From NCBI RefSeq assembly GCF_000400465.1, contig NW_008806283.1, positions 20,001 through 82,000 of the forward strand: DNA of 62,000 nt, read 5' to 3'. The notes under the pieces were generated by a model. That model saw only the letters and a list, made by a program, of their open reading frames with translations. It searched no databases and was not told where the DNA came from. Each line of letters opens with the position of its first letter. Position 1 is the first letter of the stretch. This document shows positions 24,379-37,264 of this stretch, one piece after another. The DNA is from Wallemia ichthyophaga EXF-994 (taxonomy: Eukaryota > Fungi > Basidiomycota). Both the position numbers and the translations under genes were made by a program.

Positions 24379-25367
24379 CTAATCGCGCATTGGGGAAGGG
24401 GAGTAGCGACGAGGAGGAGGAGAGCGACTGAAGCGGCGTGGAGGAGGAGAACGTCTGGCATAACCACCGCGTGGAGGAGGGGATCTAGAGCGAGGTCTAC
24501 CGTAACCACCTGCACGTGGTGGTGGTGGCGAGTAGTCGCGGTAGCGTCTTGGTGGGGGAGAGCGTGAATAGCGGCGTCTGGGTGGTGGGCTGCGTCTGGA
24601 GCCTGAACCTCTCCAGTCATCGCGGTCGTAGTAACCACGACGAGGAGGAGGACGAGGAGGAGGACCACCACGGTATCCACCACCACCACCGCGTGGAGGA
24701 GGGCGATCGAAGCGACGGTCGTCGAAGCCTGTCAAGAGGGTAAATTAGTGGGTTACCCAGAATAAAGACCTAACACACGTTTAACACCCATATATTGACC
24801 AGGAGTTGGAGAGTGTGGACGCTTAGTTGCACTAAAGTCAACGCGAATGTTACGACCGTGAATTTCAACGCCATTTAAAGCTTGAATGCACTTGTCTGCG
24901 TCTTCGATTGAGGCCATTTTAATGAAACCAAAGCCACGAGAGCGATCAGAGCGTTGGTCGTATACGATTGTAACCTTGTCCACTCTACCAAATCGATTGA
25001 ATTCATCTTCTAAATCGATTTCACGTGTTCTAATCGATAAACCGAACACACCAAGTGTTTCGTTAGGTTCTGGTGGGTTTTCATTGCGGCGACGTGGTGG
25101 AGGTGGGGAAGGGCGTGGAGGAGGGGATGGAGAGCGTGGTGGAGAGCGTGGAAGATGTGGTGACTGTGGCTGTGGATTTTGAGTACCTGGAGCGCCCTGA
25201 GTGCCTGGATTATCCTCTTGCTTAGACTCCTCCCAGCCATTCTGAGTATCATCACCCTTGAACCCCCAGCCATCATCATCCTCATTGTTCTCCTGCTTTA
25301 AACCCCAACCAGCATCCTCCGCTTGATTTTCTCCCTTGAACTCTTCACGTATTTCAGTGTCAGCCAT
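24379..25367 (-). CDS. TRA2: Transformer-2-like SR splicing factor (RRM + RS/RP tail)
   Basis: LGVFGLSIRT, RSRGFGFI, IRVDFSATKRPHSPTPGQYMG hallmark of Tra2; one intron near 24738-24788; R/S/P-rich last exon. Confidence 0.9.
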
Positions 25368-25549
25368 TTAGTAGATGATGGTGGTTAGTGAGTAAGAAGG
25401 GAATACATATTAAATAAAATAAAATTGAAAAATGAATAAAAATATATAATTATATCTGACAGCTGTCTTGAGCTTATTCTTCTTGGAATTGTCTTCATCT
25501 CCTTCATCTCCAACCACCACGACCGACACCACGGCTTTGCCAAATTAAA

Positions 25550-27818
25550 ATGCCATTTGGTAAATCAACAAATGAGAATTTTATATATGGAATGTTTAAT
25601 TTCCAAGGGGAAGTTGACGATGAATTGAGTTTTAATTGTGGGGATATTATTTATATTATAGAGACAGACGAGGAATTTAAAGATGGTTGGTGGATTGGTA
25701 AATGCGAAAATGGTAATCAAGGTTTATTTCCTGAATCTTATACTTGTTGGTCTAAACCTATTGCCCCCGGTGTTGCTCCTGTTTCTGCCGTGGCCTCTGC
25801 GGCTTCCGTGACTGCCGTGGCTGATCAGGAACACCCAAAACAACCCCCACAACACACTCCCATCAATTCAACCATGTCTCAAATCGAAGACGCTATAAAC
25901 GACATCTCTACCAACCACCCTGACAATGAAAATCTTCTCGCTCCAATCGTTGAATCTACTAACTCAAACACTTCCTCACAAATCACCCTGGATCACTCTG
26001 ACAACGAAGATGATCCCATTAACGCAAATGCACGCTCCCTATTGGCGAAGAAGAACCTTAACCCTCCCACTTCCCTCCAATTCGGTAGCGATAGTGATGA
26101 AAATTTGACTCCTACTCATTCCCCTATTACTGATAATAATGAGCAATCAACTCCAAATCCTCCTTTTCAACCAGAAAATTCTTTTAACTCTTACAACTCA
26201 AACCAATCTCCTACTCCACCCTCTCCAAACACCGCAGACATCCCCAACTGGTCCCTCGACAACGTCCTTCATTGGGCTAAGCACAAAAATTTCGACGATT
26301 ACATATGTGAAAAACTTCTTCAACACGACATCTCCGGTGATGTTCTCCTCCAATTGGACACTGACTCCCTCAAAGAAATTGACATACTTGCTTTCGGTAA
26401 GCGTGTTAAACTTGCAAATGCTATTAAAGATTTGCGCATTTTAGCCGGTTTGGATCAGGGTGTTGATAACCATAAACGTGGTAGTGAGACATCCAAGTCA
26501 TCTGGTCATAACCAAACACCAATTAGCAACATCAACACCAGCAGCATCAACAACGCCCCATCTGACCCTCCTACTGCTGTCACAACCTCGCTACCCTCCC
26601 CACACTCTCAACCCGGGTTATCTCGCACCGCCTCAGCCACAAATTCCCTCCGAAGAGCTTTTAGTGGTCATAATTACAACTCAACTAACTCGCCCTCCTC
26701 AGCTACCTCACCCACCATCCAATCCCCTCTATCTCCTCGCACTCCCTCCCTCCGCAAACGCACTTCAGACTCCTCCGCCTTTTTCGGCGTCGGCAGTAAA
26801 GGCAACCCACGCAAACCTGCTCCTCGCTACAGTGGTGCCAGTAACGAGACTGAAAAGAGTGACAAGGAGGGTTGGTCAGCTGCCCGACTACTCGGATCAA
26901 AACGTTCATTGCGCAATATTAACGGCGGTGGTCGTCCTAGCACCTCGCCGCAACCGCAGCAATCCCAACCACAATCCTCATTCGCCAACAGAGTGTCTTT
27001 ATCTACTGACAATGCAAACACAAACACAAACACAAACGCAGACACTCGAAGGAGTGTAGTAGACCTCACCCACTTCCAATCTCGGGACGGTACAGCCCTA
27101 CAAAAAATAGGCGGGTGCGACTGCAAAGGGTGGTTAAAAAAGAGGGGGGAGAGGTATGGGTGGAAGATGCGCTACTTTGTTTTGAAAGGCTCGCAACTCT
27201 TCTACCTCAAGAACGAGAACGATACGCAATTGAAGGGCTTCATTCAGTTAAACGGCTTCAAGGTGCTCGCCGACGAATCTAACTCCTCCCGCCACCAATT
27301 CGCTTTCAAAATATCTCACGAACGTGAACGTGACACGCACCATTTTGCAAGTGAGGAGAAAAGCGTGACGAGAGAGTGGATGAATGCGCTCATGAAAGCC
27401 AGTATAGTGAGAGATATAGGAGGTGAGAGATGTGTTATGAGAGGCTTGCTATTTTCGTTACTAACGCCCTACTCCAGCTCCCGTCGTTAGTAGCTGCACT
27501 ATCCCTACTATCCCTCTGGATAAAGCGCAGACTATGTTTCCTCCACCCCGCCCTCCTTCGCCCACTTCTAGAGAGAGAGTGCAGAGAGCGAATGCACGCG
27601 ATAATCCTGACAGCCTCTCGCCGCAAGATGCACAGGTACTTATGGCCGGTGCGTCTGAGGGCGGTACTCAGGGTGGTAGTCACGGCAGTCATACTCGCGC
27701 TGGCGCTACTCACCCCTCTCACTCATCCCCCACTTACGAAAAGAAGCGCACTACCTCTTCTTCCTTTGGTAACCTGTCGAGCAGCTTCGGAAATGAGGAT
27801 CGAGACAAGGATTTTTAG
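25550..27818 (+). CDS. BOI1: SH3-SAM-PH polarity scaffold (Boi1/Boi2/Pob1 family)
   Basis: SH3 (DELSFNCGD...DGWWIG...GLFPESY), SAM (WSLDNV...HDISGDVLL...AFGKRVKL), PH (KGWLKKRG...RYFVLKG...WMNALMKA); intron near 27422-27478. Confidence 0.85.
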
Positions 27819-28277
27819 TTTGATTGAGTGAGTGAAAGAGTGCTTGCGATGGTATAATCTTCTGCCGTGTTAGCGCTGTTTCTTTTTCTCACTTGCTATG
27901 CTTCTTGCTTCCTGCTTCTCATCTCCGTGCTTGCTCACTCACTGGCCCGCATAGTGTACTATCTATACCCCCCCCCACATTCTCTATTCATTTCCTAGCC
28001 AGCTCAAGTTCAATATTTATGTTACATACTTTAATTCCATGTCTTACGCCTTATAAGTTATTATTCTCACACATATCACAACTCGCAACTCAAACGTGAA
28101 TGGCGCTCATTCGGAGAGTGGTATGGGGCGTCTCGCATACCTACATAAATACACTCTTTCATTTTCACTTTGAGCTTTATCATTCTGAGCTGTGATATCA
28201 CCAAGTGACTCAACACTCATACTCATCAGTGTCAACTTTTCATAATAGGCGATATTGTACATTACAAACTAACTTTA

Positions 28278-29348
28278 CTATGCGATATGCTGCGATTGAT
28301 TGCTGGGGAGGGAAAGATTGCGATGCGATTGTGATTGTGATTGTGATTGTGATTGTGAATGCGATTGTGAATACGACTGCGACTCAATAAGGCTATAATC
28401 CTTATCACTACTCCCCTTGGCACACATTTCGGGCTTCCTGGGCAAATGCAACTGACTTAATTCTTCAGTCTTGATCTGCGAGATGTGGGGCAGGGAGCTT
28501 CTCCTAAGCCTGAGGCCCATTCCTAGCGCCTCAAGTATATCGGCCTGGATGAAGAAGAGTGCGAAAGCAATGATTCCGATACTGCCAAAGAGCTCTTCAT
28601 TTCTCGCCTCGTTGTGCGTTCCCGGCGCTAAAGTTTTGATGTGAAGCGCAATAGATATAAAAGAGTAGAAAAGAAAGAGCAAGAGACGCGCAGCAAGTTG
28701 AATGTTTACAGTCCAGCTCGTCTGGAGTAGACCGCGCTGAGCAGCGCGCATCCGACACAGCAGAAACGTAAGCCATACCGCTACAACGAGGACGAGAACC
28801 ATGAGAACGAGTGATACGCTTACGGAAGCATAAAGAAGTTTATTCGGCGGTCGTATGCTAGCATACAGTGGTGTGCGTATCAAGATGGATGAATGGGTGA
28901 TTGTCTCTACTAGAAACGCAATCACGAATGGAATGCCAAGTAAGTATGGTATCATTACTAACACCCTCGAATCAGCCCAGTAGAAGTAATGTGATACTCG
29001 CGTAGATAAGGCTATATTTGTTGACACCCAGAATTTCATTACTACCATTAAAGTCGTACTGGCATTCATCACCATTCCTGGTAGTCTTGATACGGCATTT
29101 GTTATTTCTAGTCCTGTCGGCGGATCGGGGTCGTAGATATGCCCCGTCCATAGAAGCACCGCGTCCATCCATAGTGTGACGCAGAAAACAAAGTAGAAAT
29201 TCAGTACGACGGCGTGTTTCTTGACATTGCGGGATGATAGCGTGAAAATGAATAGGAATAGATGTAGTGCACTGCCTGTGACTAGGAGTGAATAGTATGC
29301 CCGCAGTTGCGACTTTGAGGCAAGTGGCGGAATAGAATCTCCGTCCAT
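28278..29348 (-). CDS. Orphan 7-transmembrane, GPCR-like membrane protein
   Basis: Seven hydrophobic stretches by eye, followed by a polar tail with SQ repeats; intronless 356 aa. No family motif recognised with certainty. Confidence 0.6.
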   Translation of the reverse strand: MDGDSIPPLASKSQLRAYYSLLVTGSALHLFLFIFTLSSRNVKKHAVVLNFYFVFCVTLWMDAVLLWTGHIYDPDPPTGLEITNAVSRLPGMVMNASTTLMVVMKFWVSTNIALSTRVSHYFYWADSRVLVMIPYLLGIPFVIAFLVETITHSSILIRTPLYASIRPPNKLLYASVSVSLVLMVLVLVVAVWLTFLLCRMRAAQRGLLQTSWTVNIQLAARLLLFLFYSFISIALHIKTLAPGTHNEARNEELFGSIGIIAFALFFIQADILEALGMGLRLRRSSLPHISQIKTEELSQLHLPRKPEMCAKGSSDKDYSLIESQSYSQSHSQSQSQSQSQSHRNLSLPSNQSQHIA

Positions 29349-30048
29349 GTGCTATAGCATGGAGTTTGGTGTTGTGTGTAATGTGTTGATGGGTGTGTAT
29401 CTGTACAAGTTTCTTAATGCGCAATGAATTTATCTAGCGAGTGAAAAATGTATTACACGATATTAATCTCAGACACGATCAGCCCTTGGCGGTGAAGAGA
29501 GCTGCGGATATCTAAGGCTGCAGATAATCTGCACATGAATTTCATCGTGGATGATATCGGATGTATTTATACTTTGTCTTTTGCCCTGTTTGCACTGAGA
29601 CACCTTTACCGGATGCTATGGATGAATGCTTTCAATGCTTTTTAGCGTGGATTTATTTTTAAATATAATAGCTTAAGGTATATTAAATAAGCCTGCTTGA
29701 TTACTTTCCTAAGAAGTACACCAACGCGATCTGGTCAATGCGAATACCGATGCGGATATCAATTAAAATCTCCACTTAGCTTCTCCTTAGAATTTGCAGC
29801 ATCTGCGGCAGCAGCAGCATAATTGATAATCTTCCACTGCCCTTCAGTCCAAAACAGCCCAATACAACCTAATACACCCTTATACTAGTAATAATCAATC
29901 GCTTTATAATTTATTACAACTAATCATCCACACTAAGCACTTCTGCTCCAGTCGGCTCTCTCCGCTCAGCTGCACTGACAAATCGGTCAAGTTCCGTGAT
30001 TGTATATATAAGCGACGACAAACGAAATCGTCTTACAACACCTCCAAT

Positions 30049-31368
30049 ATGACTGATAGACAACTATACAACACTAAGAACCTCCTCGAGCACCCAGAAT
30101 TCAGAATACTCAAAGAAAAGCCTGCCAAAGGCACTGGAAGAAATATAGCGCTCACATATGACGTTGATCATGTTAACAAGTTCGTCGAGAAGCCTCGATT
30201 TGATCCTGCACCAGGCCAAGTAGAAGTTAATGTTCGAGCGACTGGAATATGTGGATCGTGAGTGGTTTTACTGCCAATTTTCCCACCTAACACCAACACG
30301 TCATAAGTGATGTGCACTTTTCGCAGCATGGCCACATCGGCGATATGGTTGTGCGTTGCATTTGTGGTGCGGGACACGAGTCAAGTGGTAAATATATCAT
30401 TACTTTGGCGCGTTTTGGCTTATCGTGCGCACAGGTGAGGTCACCAGAGTCGGGCAAGGTGTTACAGAATGGAAGGCGGGCGATAGAGTAGCAATCGAAG
30501 CGGGCATCCCCTGTGGTAATTGTGAATTCTGTAAAGTAGGTCTCAGTCAGTTGATATCGACGTATCTGACCAACTCAACAGCTTGGAAGATACAACGCGT
30601 GCCAGAACGACATCTTTTTCAGCACACCGCCACACTTCGGTACAATGAGCCGCTATCACTTGCATCCAGCTGCGTGGCTACACAGGCTACCAGACTCGGT
30701 TTCGTTCGAAGAGGGTGCGCTCTGCGAACCGCTAACGGTCGCTATGGCCGGTATCTACCGCAGTGGATTGCGGTTAGGTGATGGCGTAGTCATCTGTGGA
30801 GCTGGACCTATTGGTTGGTCGGATATCTTCAACAGTAGCCAATCTAACAATTTACATAGGTCTGGTTACCCTCTTAGCAGCAAAAGCTGCCGGATCCATT
30901 CCAATAATCACCGATCTATCCCAATCACGTCTCGACTTCGCTAAGAAACTCGTCCCATCCGTCAAGACAGTCCTCATTGAGAGAGGTCAGACACCAAAAG
31001 ACATTGCGCAGAAAATCAAAGAGGAAGCTGGTATGCCTCTCACCCTGGCATTGGAGTGTACGGGTGTTGAGAGCAGCGTTCACGCCGCTATCTTTTCCAT
31101 GACGTTTGGTGGAAAGGTGTTCATCATCGGTGTGGGCAAAGACATACAGTCGATTCCATTCATGCATCTCTCCGCTAATGAAATCGACATCCAATTTCAA
31201 TATCGTTACGCTAATCAATATCCACGTGCTATTCGCTGCGTCGCTGAAGGCATGATCGACCTCAAGCCACTTGTGACGCACAGATTCGACCTCGAGGATG
31301 CCATGGATGCCTTCGATACCGCCGCTGATCCTAAAAGTGGCGCTATCAAGGTTCAGGTCCTGGACTAA
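30049..31368 (+). CDS. LAD1: L-arabinitol 4-dehydrogenase / polyol dehydrogenase (Zn-MDR)
   Basis: ATGICGSDVH, GAGHESSG, CGNCEFC...RYNAC, FFSTPP, EPLTVA, GAGPIG, FQYRYANQYP; four short introns reconstruct an open frame. Confidence 0.85.
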
Positions 31369-31604
31369 ACGGAGGATTTCTTGTATGATTTAGAATTCAT
31401 GATTAAATTTTTTAAAATTGGAGTGATCAGTGTGTTGATAGAACACGTTTGCTTGCAAGCAACAATTATGTCATGTATTAAGGTATAGGTAAGTAGTGCG
31501 AATATAATTAGCTAGTATTCCGTGTTTGTTGTATATGAATTGTTTTAAGAATTATCATGTGTTTGATGAAAATTTTTTTCCATGTCCAATCGAATAGGTT
31601 TCAC

Positions 31605-33759
31605 CTAATAAACCCATCGTGCCTCCGATGAATCTTGCATACGCGCTCTGATCTGATATCCGAGCAACTCCTGGCGGATGTTCACTGTCCTGTGAAACTT
31701 GATGTTGTTGCCTCTGATGGCTCTAAAGTTACCCTTGTTCATAGCGTAGCGCTTCTTTGGTACGCCTGATTGTTGGTCTTGATAAAATTCCTTCTGAGGC
31801 ATGGCTTCTAATAACCACCAGCTCTTAGCTATAGCTAGTTGATCGTTGATAGATGTCAAAGCTGAGATAGCAGAGATTAGTGGGCTGTATGGATGTAATG
31901 AAAAAGAGAGCTGTGTTTATAGTTCATCTCTCCTTCTTCTTTTCTACTCACAATCATAAACATCCTCGTGCTCCTCTGAAAGTTTAGAGCGGTCGTAGCG
32001 CTCGACGGGCACGTTCTCCATGTTTGGTTCCGGGGGGAAACCTTCTGGGACATTATATGCCGCCTCTTTTCGAGGCTTGACGATCGGATAAAGAGTGGAA
32101 AGGTCTAATCCGTAGTAATCGAGCAAGTGCGTATGAAACAGAATCCCACTACCTGATTTGAAAGATTGCCTGTACATCCAGCGCAGTGAGATTCTGTGCA
32201 ATGCATTTCTGGTCTCGTTCGAGACCGCTCCACCTGCTCACCGTTAGTTCTCCATTTTTCTCTGTCTTTCAAGTAATCCAAAACCTACCACCGACATCCG
32301 CGTGAGCGCCAAGGAAGTAAACTTCTTTGACCTTCGTATTGTCACGTATTTCGTCGTCTTTATCACTGGCGTAGGAATCGTGTTGCACAGGCAACTTGTA
32401 TAATTGCTGCAACAAATTCTGGATTTGAGGGTTGGTTCTGTCAATGCTGTCCAGGTCTACACGCTTAGTGCTGAAACGCGATTTGGCAGTTTGCTGACGC
32501 AGCTCGTCTATTCTGGAAAACAGCGCCTGTCTCATGTTCTCAATCTTTTCCCATGGATCAACCTCCTCCTCATGTTGACTATCTTTGTCGTCATCTTCGA
32601 GCTCGTTCACACTATGGTCGAATTTGATGTCGTGCTTTTTCTCTCGGTGATGAAACCACGAATCCTTGTTTGAGCGTTTCTCTTGCTCTTGTTCCTGAGT
32701 CCAATGACCTGCACGGAACTTGACGCGGTGCTTTTGCAAGTTTAGTAAGTAAGCAAATTAAACAAAATCAAACACACCTCATCTAACGCGACAGCGTGAG
32801 TAAAGTTTTTCACAATGTGATTGGAGTTTGTAAATGGCAGCTCTCTTGGGTAGAATCCAACGGAAGATACAGAATCCCATACTCCGATCCACTGTATATC
32901 CACATTTATCCCAAAGGTGGATTTGAAGAGCTTAGATTGATCGAAACCACGTTTGCTGTTGTCTTTGTACATGTCGTATGCGAACTGTACCTGTTGTAAA
33001 TTTCCTTTTGGAAGCAATCCCACTTTCAGCAGCATACCAGCCAAGCAACGGCAAGTATATGCACCTCTCGAGAAACCAATCATGCAAATTTTGTCACCAA
33101 TTCTGCCACTGTGTGAGATGACATCGTTTGTGCCGACAAAGAGCTTACCTATAATTCTCCATCAGGTACGTATATGCCTGCCTGACATGATGCCCCAGAC
33201 CGCTACCCACAGCCATGTCGCTGATATCACTAAGCTTGTTGGCCACAAAATTGGCGCGCTTGGTAGTTGAGTACGTTCCTAACCCACTTTGATAGTACAC
33301 GACCTGCTTCTCGGGCTCATCTTTCACCATACTCCTAAAGAAGCGTATGACGTTGGAGTTGTCATCGTCAAATTGATCGCCAGTGCCATCCAAACACAAA
33401 ACAATTGTACGGCCCTTATCGTCTTTGTTTTGATCGCGTATCGCCTTGAGGCGTTTGGGAACAACGTTGTCACCTCTAAAAAGGGCCTGTGGTTCATTTC
33501 TCGTCTTGGGAGGATTGATGATGAGCTGCTTGTCATTTTGGTAGTCCGAAGTGTCATTCGCTTCCAGATTAAGTGCCACATCGTAGCTGCGACCTTGAAA
33601 GTCTTTAACGTGTACAGTTTCAGTATTTGTCTCAAGAGACTTCTGAGTCGATTTGACCCGCTCTTTGAGTGATGGTTTATTAGATGGCTCATCGTTCCCC
33701 ACTTGCTGAGTTAAGTGAGAAATACTCTCAAGCTGTGTTGGTGAATCACCGCCGCTCAT
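31605..33759 (-). CDS. DUF2235 (Tle1-like) alpha/beta hydrolase, catalytic motifs intact
   Basis: [54 protein letters not shown]...WWLLE; several introns. Confidence 0.85.
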
Positions 33760-35086
33760 TGTCGATTAATAAGACAGACAACGTCAAAGCAAGACTTATT
33801 GACACTGGAGCGAGAGCAGTCCCTGAGTAAGATTTTTAAATCTCCGCGGCTGTCCAAAGCGTTCCGCGGTTAAGGGAAGTAAATCTAATTAGAAAGACGT
33901 GGATTGAATTGACTAGGATTTGTCTAATTGGATTGCGCATTTTGACTCGCAAGTAGCTTCATCATAGTGTATATGTGGAGTAGGTAGCAGTCAGTAAAAC
34001 TCCAGCTCAAGCACAAGAATACGCCACCTTTCTCAATGGGGTATCATTTCATTGCAACTATACAAGTCTGCAGCGTTTTTGTTCTACGCACGGACATGTC
34101 CGCAACTCTCCTGCATAAGTCCTCATCCTTTGCATCTCCCACTTACTCCATGACCACCATCATTTAAACATAAAGTCGTTATAAGTTTTAATCCGCAGTA
34201 TATTTGACACACGTAAATCTCCACTTTGACCTCTGAGGACCCTGAGGATGAGATTGTTGGGAGCATCGCATAGTAGCAGACACGAGCATCCGGGACTTCT
34301 CAGAGGTTTCCTAAGCTTTTGCAAACACATAGCTGGGCACACTTGACTCACGTTGAGGTTTATCGAATCTATATTTATCGTAATTGGGAGAGCATATTAG
34401 GATATCTGTGTCTTCTAAGCAATCTCTTTACTTCCCTCCCTCACCTTAGGTTCTAGAGATTTAATCTGTTTTACATCATTCGGAGACCCTGCTTATGTCA
34501 TATGGCTATTTATACGCGATTCACGCCGCAATTTCAACCTACGCGAACCAAAATCTGCGATGTCGGAATGAGTATAAGTATGTATTCTCTTTTTCTGCGA
34601 AAACCCAGCACCAGAATTCGATAATTAAAGAAGCTGTGATCATTATGTCATTTCGGATGTTGTTGTAGTGGAGCAATATTCCTTTAACTTGAGCATTTCA
34701 CCGGGACAGACTCTTTAATATATTCACACTCATGCTGGATGCCAGAGTTGGTCTAATATAACTGAATTTAAGATACACCGAAAATTTGCTGGTGGTCCGT
34801 GCGCTCGTGAAAATTAAGAATACTTTCGAGAAACCTGCATCAAAAGTCCCTTTCAAAGATGATCTTTGGTCCATACCGAATTAGGAGACGTAAGTGAAAT
34901 TTCAAGACTAATTTGTCTTATTTGTTTGACATTTATACAGTGAAACATTGTGAGACTTATCCGGTAACTTAATTTACCGCGTATTATCACGCAATATGAT
35001 CGAAAAGGTTTCAGTCGCAGTCTTCCAGGTATAAAATCAGCTCCACTTACTCTTCTTCCAATCAGAACCATCACACTCTTTTGAAA

Positions 35087-35360
35087 ATGAAACTTTCTAT
35101 CTTTGTCGCCTCAGCCGCCATCGCCTCTGCAGCAGCAGTTCCAGTTGCTGTGCGTTGTTAACTTTTTATCTCGTAATATCAAGCTGAATTAACGACAGCG
35201 TGAAACCCAAGCTGTTCCAGACTTGCTCCAGAACCTTGGCTTGACTCAAGACCAACAATCAGTCCTCGGAAATTTGCTCAAGGATCTCGGTCTCGTACCA
35301 CAAGATTTATCTTCAAGCAAGCGTGAGGCTGCCATCTCAGAGATTCAAGCCGGCCTCTGA
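35087..35360 (+). CDS. Small secreted peptide precursor A (74 aa, intact): MKLSIFVASAAIASAAAVPVA|RETQAVPDLLQNLGLTQDQQSVLGNLLKDLGLVPQDLSSSKREAAISEIQAGL
   Basis: 21-codon signal exon, intron 35150-35198 (GTGCGT...CAG), open exon 2 with a KR site; paralogous to 43525 and 41298. Confidence 0.8.
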
Positions 35361-35599
35361 ATTGATGTTGACTCATGATTCCCTTTTTATAAAATTCTCA
35401 CATGGCTATAGGATTTAGCTATGATTTACTTTATATCATTGTAATGATTTTTCTACCATGACTTTACCAAATTAATTCAGTGTCTTTGATATTAGTTCTT
35501 ATAACGATAGCGTGTCGCCATCTGCTTGCAACAGAATAATTGCAAGTCATGCTGGTAGAGCGCTGCCATTCTATGTCTTTCCGCTCAATTGAAGCCATT

Positions 35600-36070
35600 T
35601 GCGGATAAACGACAAGCAACGTTCGACCAACGAAAATCAAGACTGCTCAAAACAGCCATGGAAAATCGATGAGAGCTCTGTCATTTCTGAGCAAGCTAAA
35701 TTTGTTTTATGCATAAGCTGGAGATTGCTAGCTCCGGGAAATACCTTGTCGCGTGTTCAGGGACACGCTTAGAAGGACCTTTTTATCTTTCTTTGCGGAA
35801 TTTGCGCAAAATCTCTTCAAGACGACATATAAGCTCTTCACTCGTTTGCAACACTCAATGCAGTGATATTCATCATTTATGGCTCAACCATCGCTACACC
35901 AGAGTTACAGTAAGTGTCTGGCATTTTCAAAGCATGTGACTAACGCAAAGCTATAGCGCGATGGGCAAGCTGTCCCAGACCTTCTCGCTGCACTCGGGCT
36001 CACTCAAGATTATAAGGCTTCTTTACCAAGGTCGATGATTTTGTACCTAAAGACTCAACAGCTGAACTTA
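35600..36070 (+). pseudogene. Pseudogene copy of the 43525 precursor, including about 280 bp of promoter
   Basis: Aligns to 43250-43800; signal exon eroded, 2-nt insertion (accagagttaca), 3' deletion; 35903-36009 identical to 43584-43690. Confidence 0.8.
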
Positions 36071-36849
36071 GACACCCACTACACCACAACTCTAAAAAAA
36101 GATTGAAGTTTAGTAGGAATTTTAGTGCTGAAATTTGTATCCCTATTGCCAAAAGCAGCCAAAACACGTTCTCTGAAAGCCACTTAGCAGGCAATCTCAA
36201 ATTTGTGGGGAATTGAGCAGATGAAACAGGCGGTAATTTTCATTGATTAGTACAACCATACATTTTTATGGCGAAACGTGTGTTTTTGATGTGTAGTAAC
36301 GAAGCAAAGATAACGATTGATAGACTTTCAATAACAATATAGTGTTTAGAGTGCATTATGCATGAGTTTATCTCAAACTATCATCTTTAGTGGCAATGGT
36401 GTTGAGTGTAGTCTTGTTGCAGGTTTGCGGATTGCTTGGATATACATATGTAAGCAAAGCTCGCTATCGATAGCTAAATGTAATCGCACGTGGTGGAGTG
36501 ATACTCGATAACATCCACGTCCTAACACGCCTCAACGATTGCCACAAGGGAGACTCATGATCGCGTATGCTTACACAATCGCGAATGATTAATTATCATG
36601 CGATCGAAAGCATTGGGTTCAGAAAATTTTAGACGCAGCGATCAAATGACGGAAAATATTAGCTAAATTGTTTCACATCAGCCGCGCACATCAGCCGTCT
36701 TCAATGTATGCAGCTAACCTGAAGACCGACTGTCACAAAAAATTCCTGTTACAAATTAAGGCACAGCAGACTAGAAAATCACCGCTGAAAAATATCCGTA
36801 ATGTTAGAACCTTTCAAGACAACCCTCATGTTCCTTAAAATTTCTGGAA

Positions 36850-37074
36850 ATGAAACTCGGAATCCTCGCCGTTGTAGCCGCCATCTTAGTCTTGACCATT
36901 GCTGTACCAGCAGCCATGAGTGTGCAGATTTTCCTCTAGCTCAGTTGACCATGCCTTTGGAACGATGAAGATCTTATTGAAGAACTTGTCGATGTCGATG
37001 GAGTAGCCGAAGATTTCGGAGCAATATTGTCCCAGACCGCTAACACAAACAACTTGATTGCTGACAGACATTAA
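36850..37074 (+). pseudogene. Secreted-peptide paralogue with mutated splice sites (acidic subgroup)
   Basis: MKLGILAVVAAILVLTIAVPAA (22 codons), then ATGAGT where GTGAGT is expected (36916) and TTTGG where an AG acceptor is expected (36960); open exon 2 NDEDLIEELVDVDGVAEDFGAILSQ... Confidence 0.6.
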
Positions 37075-37264
37075 TGACTAGAATGTCAATGTGGATCTAA
37101 TCAACGCTTAGTGTTTTTAAATATATTTCGGATCTTTGGATTATCAGTCAATTTCTATACGTACGTCTCAAATTCGGGATGATCAATTCTATATTAGTGA
37201 AATGACGAATTGTTACAGGTCAATGAAGTATGTTATGTGCAAATTTTCAATGCGAGCCTCTCAC

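Noticed and set aside
34890-34940. Well-formed orphan intron (GTAAGT...TGAC...CAG)
   Set aside because: Flanking frames contain stops and no recognisable protein; it may be a relic or UTR intron but cannot be assigned.
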